From the NCBI GenBank assembly GCA_046582655.1, contig JAYGDX010000383.1:1-13915 (forward strand): a stretch of DNA of 13,915 nt, read 5' to 3'. This document shows, in pieces, positions 8,549 to 13,915 of this stretch. A program made the translations under genes and the position numbers. A model generated the notes under the pieces. It ran no database searches, was not told where the DNA came from, and was given only the letters and a program-made list of their open reading frames with translations. Source of the stretch: Candidatus Poribacteria bacterium (GTDB lineage: Bacteria; Poribacteria; WGA-4E; UBA9662). Positions within the stretch are counted from its first letter, which is position 1, and each line of letters begins with the position of its first letter.

Positions 8549-9919
8549 ATGCGTAAGAAAATCGTTTTAATTGGTGCAGGCAGTGCTGCTTTTACCCAAG
8601 GATTGGTTGCAGATCTTATTTTATCCCCAGATTTTGAAGGTTGTGAACTTGGCTTGGTAGATATTGACCCGCAAGCCTTGGAAACGGCTGAAGGCATCGC
8701 CAGGCAGATGATCGAGAGTAGAAAATCAGAAATTATCATCAGCACATCCACAGATTGTCGTGACATCCTGCCAAATGCCTTAGTAGTAGTAACCACAATT
8801 GGAGTTGGCGGTCGACGGGCTTGGGAACAGGATGTTTTTATTCCCAGAAAATATGGTATTTATCAGCCTGTTGGGGATACGGTTATGCCTGGTGGAATCT
8901 CCCGGGCGCTGCGAATGATCCCGCCTCTGGTAAAGATCGCGAATAGTATTGCAGAACTTTGTCCTAATGCTTGGTTCTTCAACTATTCCAATCCAATGAG
9001 TGCGAACTGCTGTGCAATTCGTCAAGCCACAAATGTCCCTGTAGTTGGTTTGTGTCATGGTGTCTTCCATGTTGAACGTCAACTTGCTGACTTCATTGGC
9101 GCACCTCCAGAGGAAGTTACCTCGCTCTATACTGGAATTAATCATTGTACATTTATTTATGATTTCCGTTGGAAAGGTCGGGATGCTCTCCCACTGATAC
9201 AAGCGCGTTTGAACCAAGAACGGGGGGAATCTGCGTGTTTGACGAAACTTAAAGAAATTTTTCCGGAAATTGATGGATTCAGCAACGAAGTTCAATCGGC
9301 TAGTAATCCTTTCTCCTGGTCAATTTTTGATACTTACCAAGCTTATCCTGCTGTGAATGATCGGCATGTTGTTGAGTTCTTTCCGGAACGGTTCCCCAAC
9401 GGTGCGTATTATGGAAAAACACTCGGTGTGGATGCCTTTTCCTTCGAAAATACGATCGCTGGTGGAGATAATGCCTATGTCGCTATGCAAGCAATTTCAA
9501 CGGGGAAAAAACCACTGGACAATGGGATTTTTCAACGATCAGCGGGAGAACATGAACAGGTTCTAGACATTCTTCACTGTATGGAACATGGTCAACGTCG
9601 GATTTTTTCTGTTAATCTGCCAAATTTGGGCGCGGTTCCCAATCTGCCATTTGGAGCGGTGCTAGAATTGCCCGCTGTCGCTACTGCAACAGGATTTCGT
9701 GCCATCCAATTACCTGACTTTCCCAATACGCTGGCAAGTATTGTTAACCGGAAACTGACAGCAATTCAACTGACAGTTGAAGCCGCTCTAAATGGAGATC
9801 GAGGATTGTTTATTGAAGCGCTGCTGGCTGATGGTGCCGTAGTTGATCCGAATGTCGCCGGTAAAATGGCTGATGAGTTGCTGGAAGCCCACCGATCCAA
9901 TTTATCCGCCTTCTTCTAG
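8549..9919 (+). CDS. Family 4 glycoside hydrolase (NAD+/Mn2+-dependent alpha-galactosidase/alpha-glucosidase, MelA-like), 456 aa
   Basis: KIVLIGAGS, GDTxxPGG, NYSNP, VGLCHG and GINH motifs. GGAGG lies 8 nt before the ATG at 8549, which I prefer to the TTG at 8534. Confidence 0.93.
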   Translation: MRKKIVLIGAGSAAFTQGLVADLILSPDFEGCELGLVDIDPQALETAEGIARQMIESRKSEIIISTSTDCRDILPNALVVVTTIGVGGRRAWEQDVFIPRKYGIYQPVGDTVMPGGISRALRMIPPLVKIANSIAELCPNAWFFNYSNPMSANCCAIRQATNVPVVGLCHGVFHVERQLADFIGAPPEEVTSLYTGINHCTFIYDFRWKGRDALPLIQARLNQERGESACLTKLKEIFPEIDGFSNEVQSASNPFSWSIFDTYQAYPAVNDRHVVEFFPERFPNGAYYGKTLGVDAFSFENTIAGGDNAYVAMQAISTGKKPLDNGIFQRSAGEHEQVLDILHCMEHGQRRIFSVNLPNLGAVPNLPFGAVLELPAVATATGFRAIQLPDFPNTLASIVNRKLTAIQLTVEAALNGDRGLFIEALLADGAVVDPNVAGKMADELLEAHRSNLSAFF

Positions 9920-10106
9920 GGTTTTCTGATACATTTACAAACTAGTTTTGGAAAAACTCGTCATACTGGGTTTATTGCGTAAGTGAGATTTAGAAATCAA
10001 ATATTAAGGTTGGATGAATTCTCGCATCTCAGGAGTTTTATAATCTGGAACAATATCATAGAATCTTATTGTATGCGAGTATGATTCACATACGTTTGGA
10101 TTAATA

Positions 10107-10141
10107 AAATCTTGCTATTTCCATGAAGTTTATTGTAATAT
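10107..10141 (+). promoter_or_regulatory. Sigma70-like promoter, copy 1 (TTGCTA-N18-TAATAT)
   Basis: AAATCTTGCTATTT..TGAAGTT(T)ATTGTAATAT is repeated at 12476-12509 while the flanks differ. Confidence 0.6.
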
Positions 10142-10168
10142 CCCTCATAAAGTGTACCACCAAGTAAA

Positions 10169-10691
10169 GGAACTGGCAAGGAAGATAGTTGTTTGCTTGG
10201 AACTTACGCTATCTATCAAGGCAAAGACTTCACAGATTTCACCATGGAAATGGATGTCTTCGCCACTGATAACGATGGTGTGGAGGTTTACAGGACAAGA
10301 TAAACATCATCGCATCATTATGATAAATGATAAGTGGCCGAGTCCAGCCTTGGATAAAGTTGGTGGTCCCTTCGTGAAACTGCAGCAGCGGGTTGGTCCG
10401 GAAGAGCCTTGATACAAGATCATTGAAGTTGTCAAAGACAGCTATAAACCCTACGCAGAAGGCAAACACCTTCACTGGACATTCAGCGTCATAAACGGTG
10501 AAGCTAAGTTTAAAAGAGAAGACGGATTAAGCATAAGTGCCAATGTTGGTCGAACAACTGGTAAGATAGGTATCCAACTTTATGCTCAACAAGCCGATTT
10601 TGACAATATCGTGATTACACCATCTACGGTTGCTGTCAATGCTAAAGGCAAGTTAGCAACAGCTTGGAGTTCAATTAAATCAAGCCGATAA
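10169..10691 (+). pseudogene. Array gene A: 5'-truncated ConA/TSP-C/DUF1080-like protein remnant with the C-terminal tail
   Basis: Aligns to intact paralog C. GTGKEDSCLLGTYAIY...DNDG is followed by a ~11-nt deletion frameshift at ~10280, a TGA at a conserved Trp (10410-10412, PWY), then ...IGIQLYAQQADFDNI...VAVNAKGKLATAWSSIKSSR*. No start codon or signal peptide (in-frame TAA at 10148). Confidence 0.88.
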
Positions 10692-10901
10692 TTTTTGGTG
10701 TGTCTTTTTGTGATTTTAATTTTGCCCTGTGTCTTCTCCATGGGGCAATTTTTTTATTGAAGCGATGATGACGAAATGGCTATTAAGCAGATATATTTTT
10801 TTTGTACTCGTTTTCTGTTATCTATTTTTTGTTTTTGGTGCATCCCAGGCCCAAAAACTTATCTTTGATTTCGAAAACGATGCCAGTTTAAAAGATTGGG
10901 A
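10629..10901 (+). repeat. Direct repeat copy 1 (~270 bp: tail + terminator + 5' end of the next gene); copy 2 is at 13513-13785
   Basis: Colinear by eye, roughly 85-90% identical, with two single-base indels. Confidence 0.93.
10722..10755 (+). terminator. Rho-independent terminator, copy 1
   Basis: TTGCCCTGTG / 7-nt loop / CATGGGGCAA, followed by T7. Confidence 0.75.
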
Positions 10902-11541
10902 AGTCATTGGTGAAGCTCCAAAAAACATTGGTAAAGGAGCACCATCTCGCTGGTTTGTTACAAATGGACCAATTAAGGGCAAGGCTTTATATCAATCCTC
11001 TAACATTTGGGGAACTAAAGACGACAGTTGCCTGATGGGTACCTTTATTATTTACAAAGGCAAACAATTTGTTGATTTTAAGATGGATGTTGATGTTGTA
11101 TCGGATGACAATGACGGAATGGGAATTGCCTAGGCGTTTGGAGATACCCAGCAACATTACCGTGTTATCATGATTAACGATAAGTGGCCGGAAGTACCAG
11201 TTGATAAAATTAGAGGTCCGTTTATGAAAATTCAGAAGCGGGTGAGTGACGATGATCCTTGGTACGAGCTTATGAAGGTCAAAAAAGGAGTAACCTATAA
11301 AGAGAAAGTTTCGCTTCACTGGCAACTTTCAGTGAAAAAAGGGAATTTTAGATTCAGACGAGATGATGATAAAACCATTGAGGGAATTGATAGGGAGTAT
11401 AAAAAAGGATATGTTGGCATTCAGCTCTATGCTCAAAAAGCCTACTTCGATAACATTGTCATTGAGAACACATGGGCTATAGATCCAAATAAAAAAGTAT
11501 CAACAACCTGGGCACAAGTTAAAGCGGATCGAAATTATTAA
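10768..11541 (+). pseudogene. Array gene B: secreted ConA/TSP-C/DUF1080-like protein with one in-frame TAG
   Basis: Signal peptide ending ...GASQA-QKLIFDF. ORFs 10729-11133 and 11170-11541 are in the same frame. TAG 11131-11133 replaces the Trp of paralog C (GMGIA*AF vs GMGITWAY). Tail AIDPNKKVSTTWAQVK. Start is ATG 10765 or 10768, with no obvious SD. Confidence 0.9.
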
Positions 11542-11567
11542 AGCTGAAATCTTGGAGGTTTAAAACT

Positions 11568-12332
11568 ATGAGAATGTATAAGATTAAATATCTTTTGTTG
11601 ATGTTTTTTTGTTTGTTTATATTTGTTGTCATTTCTGCAGCACAAGAAAAGATCAAAATTGATTTTGATAACAAGGCAAGTATAAAAGATTGGGAATTCA
11701 TTGATGAAGCTCCGAAAAATCTGGGAGACGCGGGACCCTCTACATGGGAGATTAAAAAGGGGCCACTAGACGGAAATTCTTTGTTTCAAGGTTCTAATAT
11801 CTGGGGTTCCAAAGCAGATACTTGCCTGATGGGTACTTTTGCTATTTACAAAGCTGAAAAATTCAAAGAATTTACAATTGAGATGGATGTTTTTGCTGCC
11901 GATAACGATGGCATGGGTATTACTTGGGCTTATGAAAGCACCAAAAAACATTATCGTGTCATCATGATCAATGATGGGTGGCCTGAGGTCCCGGTTGATG
12001 GAATCAAAGGACCATTCATGAAAATTCAGAAGCGGGTTAGTGATGACAAGCCTTGGTATGAGTTGATAGAGGCTGAGAAAGGAATTACCTATAAAGAACA
12101 GACTCCGCTTCACTGGCAATTCGAGGTCAAAGGTGGCGAGTTTAAGTTGACACGGGAAGACAACAAAGTAATCAAGGGTTCCGATAAGGAGTATGAAGAA
12201 GGTTATATTGGCATTCAACTTTATGCCCAACAGGGACATTTTGACAATATTATGATTGAAAATACTTGGGCGGTAGACCCTCGAAAAAAAGTGTCGACAA
12301 CTTGGGCACAAATTAAGAAAGACCGTAATTAA
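11568..12332 (+). CDS. Array gene C: intact secreted ConA/LamG/TSP-C-like beta-sandwich protein with the C-terminal tail, 254 aa
   Basis: GGAGG RBS; Sec signal peptide (...ISAA-QEKIKIDF); DNDGMG and GYIGIQLYAQQGHFDNI motifs; tail AVDPRKKVSTTWAQIK. Confidence 0.85.
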   Translation: MRMYKIKYLLLMFFCLFIFVVISAAQEKIKIDFDNKASIKDWEFIDEAPKNLGDAGPSTWEIKKGPLDGNSLFQGSNIWGSKADTCLMGTFAIYKAEKFKEFTIEMDVFAADNDGMGITWAYESTKKHYRVIMINDGWPEVPVDGIKGPFMKIQKRVSDDKPWYELIEAEKGITYKEQTPLHWQFEVKGGEFKLTREDNKVIKGSDKEYEEGYIGIQLYAQQGHFDNIMIENTWAVDPRKKVSTTWAQIKKDRN

Positions 12333-12357
12333 GAATATTTGTTGCCCATCCTTTTGC

Positions 12358-12386
12358 CCCTCTCTTTACTACGGAAGGGTTTTTTT
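12358..12386 (+). terminator. Probable rho-independent terminator after gene C
   Basis: CCCT(C)TCT...GGAAGGG bulged stem followed by a T run. Confidence 0.45.
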
Positions 12387-12475
12387 GCGCCATACTAAGA
12401 TCTTGATTAAACCCTGAATCAGCCGTTTCGGGTACCATAATATCTAGTAACATTGGTTACTGGAAATTGAAGGAG

Positions 12476-12509
12476 AAATCTTGCTATTTTTGTGAAGTTA
12501 TTGTAATAT
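12476..12509 (+). promoter_or_regulatory. Sigma70-like promoter, copy 2 (TTGCTA-N17-TAATAT)
   Basis: -35 at 12481-12486 and -10 at 12504-12509; homologous to 10107-10141. Confidence 0.65.
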
Positions 12510-12532
12510 TTTAAAGATATAGTTTAGTATCA

Positions 12533-12580
12533 AATTAACTAATTTAGGAGGTTCTTAATTAACTAGTTCAGGAGATTCAT
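12533..12580 (+). repeat. 24-bp tandem duplication of an RBS-containing unit
   Basis: AATTAACTAATTTAGGAGGTTCTT / AATTAACTAGTTCAGGAGATTCAT, 20 of 24 identical. Confidence 0.8.
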
Positions 12581-12707
12581 GATGAAGATTAAGATTTTCG
12601 TAACACTCACATTTCTCTTCGTTTTGTTAATTTCCAGCTTTTCTTCTAATGCCGAAACAATCAAGATTGATTTTGAGGACGGTAAAACTATGCTGAAGGG
12701 AGAATGA
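12579..12707 (+). pseudogene. 42-aa stub: signal peptide plus the first strand of the array family (not in the ORF track)
   Basis: AGGAG RBS. MMKIKIFVTLTFLFVLLISSFSSNA-ETIKIDFEDGKTMLKGE*; ETIKIDF matches EKIKIDF of gene C. Confidence 0.75.
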
Positions 12708-12709
12708 CC

Positions 12710-13575
12710 ATGAAATATCGTACTGCGATGTCTACACTAGCTGTTTTGATTATTTGTTGTTTGCTGATACCTATTTCCGTCATGGGCCAAAAGGTAATTT
12801 TCGAGGAAAATTTTAACGGATTGAAACTTGGACCAAGTCAGGAAGAAGGTGTCAAGAAAGATAACGTTTGGACCAAAGAAGGCCCAAAAGGATGGACAAT
12901 CGAGACCGAATTCAAACCCAAGAAAGGTGCTGCTAAGTTGCCGGATGGCCTCGGTATCACAGAATGGATGGGGTGGAGTTTCGCCGATCACGCCTGGTGG
13001 ACTCAAACTGCCGGAAATCAAGGTCGCGCAAATTGGAAAAAAGCGGAAAAAACTGTGGCTATTGCTGACCCAGATGAGTGGGACGATGAAAAAAAGGATG
13101 ACAAAAGCCCGGATGACTTGGTTTCATTCAATTCGTGGCTTTCCACATCTCCAATTGATATTTCGGCTATCAGTCCAAAATCCATCAAGCTTTCTTTTGA
13201 TTCTTCTTTCCGAATGGAAAAACCACAACAGTTTGAAATAAGTGCAAAATTTGATAGTAGTGCTCCAATACAAATTTTTCATATCATACCTGATGAGACA
13301 AAAGATTCTATTGCTAAAGTCACCTACAAAATTACCGGAAAAAAAGAAGATAAAGCCACTAGTGAAGCCAATGTCGATTTCCCTTTACCATAGAAATACC
13401 CAATCCAGGTGGTGCCAAGAAGATGATCCTTACCTGGGCTGTCCTCAACGCTGATAATGATTGGTGGTGGGCCATTGACAACATCAAAGTCACTGGTGTC
13501 GGTGGAGCGAACGTTGCTGTCGATGCTAAAGGCAAGTTAGCAACATCTTGGAGTTCAATTAAATCAAGCCGATAA
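12710..13575 (+). pseudogene. Array gene E: secreted Trp-rich beta-sandwich protein of a different family, split by a -1 frameshift, with the C-terminal tail
   Basis: GGAG RBS and signal peptide; GITEWMGWSF..WW...ADPDEWDD...LSFDSSFR. The frame ends at TAG 13391-13393. The -1 frame continues PFTIEIPNPGG...NADNDWWWAIDNIKVTG...VAVDAKGKLATSWSSIKSSR* (TAA 13573-13575). Alternative start at 12704. Confidence 0.85.
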
Positions 13576-13785
13576 TTTTCGGTGTATATTTTGTAATTTT
13601 AGTTTTGCCCTATGTTTCCTTCATGGGGCAATTCTTTTATTGAAGCAACGATGACGAAGTGGCTATTAAGTAGATACAGTTTTGTTGTACTTGTTTTCTA
13701 TTCCCTATTTTCTTATTTCTGGTGCATCCCAAGCCCAAAAACTTATCTTTGATTTTGAAAATGATGCCGGTTTAAAAGATTGGGA
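13513..13785 (+). repeat. Direct repeat copy 2 of 10629-10901
   Basis: Similarity starts abruptly at GTTGCTGTC (Val-Ala-Val of the tail). Confidence 0.93.
13605..13638 (+). terminator. Rho-independent terminator, copy 2
   Basis: TTGCCCTATG / 7-nt loop / CATGGGGCAA + TTCTTTT. The stem is preserved relative to copy 1 (G-U becomes A-U) while the loop has diverged. Confidence 0.7.
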
Positions 13786-13915
13786 GTTCATTGATGAAGC
13801 TCCGAAAAATCTGGGAGACGCGGGACCCTCTACATGGGAGATTAAAAAGGGGCCACTAGACGGAAATTCTTTGTTTCAAGGTTCTAATATCTGGGGTTCC
13901 AAAGCAGATACTTGC
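13651..13915 (+). pseudogene. Array gene D (runs off the window): B/C chimera with a +1 frameshift in the signal peptide
   Basis: ATG 13651 is homologous to gene B's ATG 10768. One extra base at ~13708-13711 gives TGA at 13750-13752. The shifted frame reads GASQAQKLIFDFENDAGLKDWEFIDEAPKNLGDAGPSTW...SKADTC. Confidence 0.87.
13787..13915 (+). repeat. 129-bp exact copy of 11697-11825 (gene C)
   Basis: Base-by-base identical to the window end, offset 2090. Confidence 0.95.

Noticed and set aside
10152..10412. 86-aa ORF as a standalone gene
   Set aside because: It is an out-of-frame 5' part joined to the middle of pseudogene A.
10410..11133. Alternative genetic code (TGA or TAG read as Trp)
   Set aside because: Two different stop codons are involved. 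TGG encodes Trp throughout, and TAG and TGA end intact genes at family-appropriate positions (e.g. 8455, 9919, 6009).
7370..12332. Gfo/Idh/MocA + DUF1080 3-keto-glycoside elimination pathway
   Set aside because: The array proteins lack the GLQxH His, have their own promoter and differ in base composition from the enzyme cluster. No sugar-phosphate-isomerase-like partner is present.
13339..13345. A7 run as the frameshift site of gene E
   Set aside because: A -1 shift there meets TAA at 13351 and TGA at 13363, so the shift must be downstream of 13365.
91..13454. Short antisense or alternate-frame ORFs in the track (e.g. 1530-1991, 8780-9295, 11766-12311, 12828-13241, 13242-13454)
   Set aside because: They overlap well-supported genes and have no recognisable motifs or RBS, so they are shadow ORFs.
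10629..13915. Diversity-generating retroelement template/variable repeat pair
   Set aside because: Mismatches between the copies are not adenine-specific, the repeat includes intergenic DNA, and no reverse transcriptase is in the window.
9920..13915. CRISPR array, integron cassettes or IS element
   Set aside because: No regularly spaced short repeats, no attC-like sites I can support, and no integrase, transposase or terminal inverted repeats.

Overview
Bacterial genomic window in two halves. Bases 1-9919 are a catabolic enzyme cluster: an MDR dehydrogenase, a creatininase-family hydrolase, a PLP Ser/Thr dehydratase, two enolase-superfamily (MR/MLE) proteins (one frameshifted by a perfect 10-bp tandem duplication), a GH-like TIM-barrel protein, a Gfo/Idh/MocA oxidoreductase and a GH4 glycosidase. 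Bases ~10100-13915 are a visibly more AT-rich tandem array of secreted beta-sandwich (ConA/LamG/thrombospondin-C-like) protein genes, labelled A, B, C, E and D here in sequence order, plus a short stub. The four whose 3' ends are visible (A, B, C, E) end in a shared tail, A[VI][DN][PA]xxK[LV][AS]TxWxx[IV]K, which I associate from memory with Candidatus Poribacteria; that taxonomy is inference. The array is built from two copies of the unit promoter - passenger gene + tail - terminator - next gene. Between the copies the passenger domain is swapped exactly at the tail boundary, gene D is a recombinant chimera of B and C, and only C is cleanly intact. The best candidate for an undescribed system is a portable C-terminal sorting tag on a recombining, modular array of surface proteins. 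Family assignments come from motif recognition only; no searches were run.
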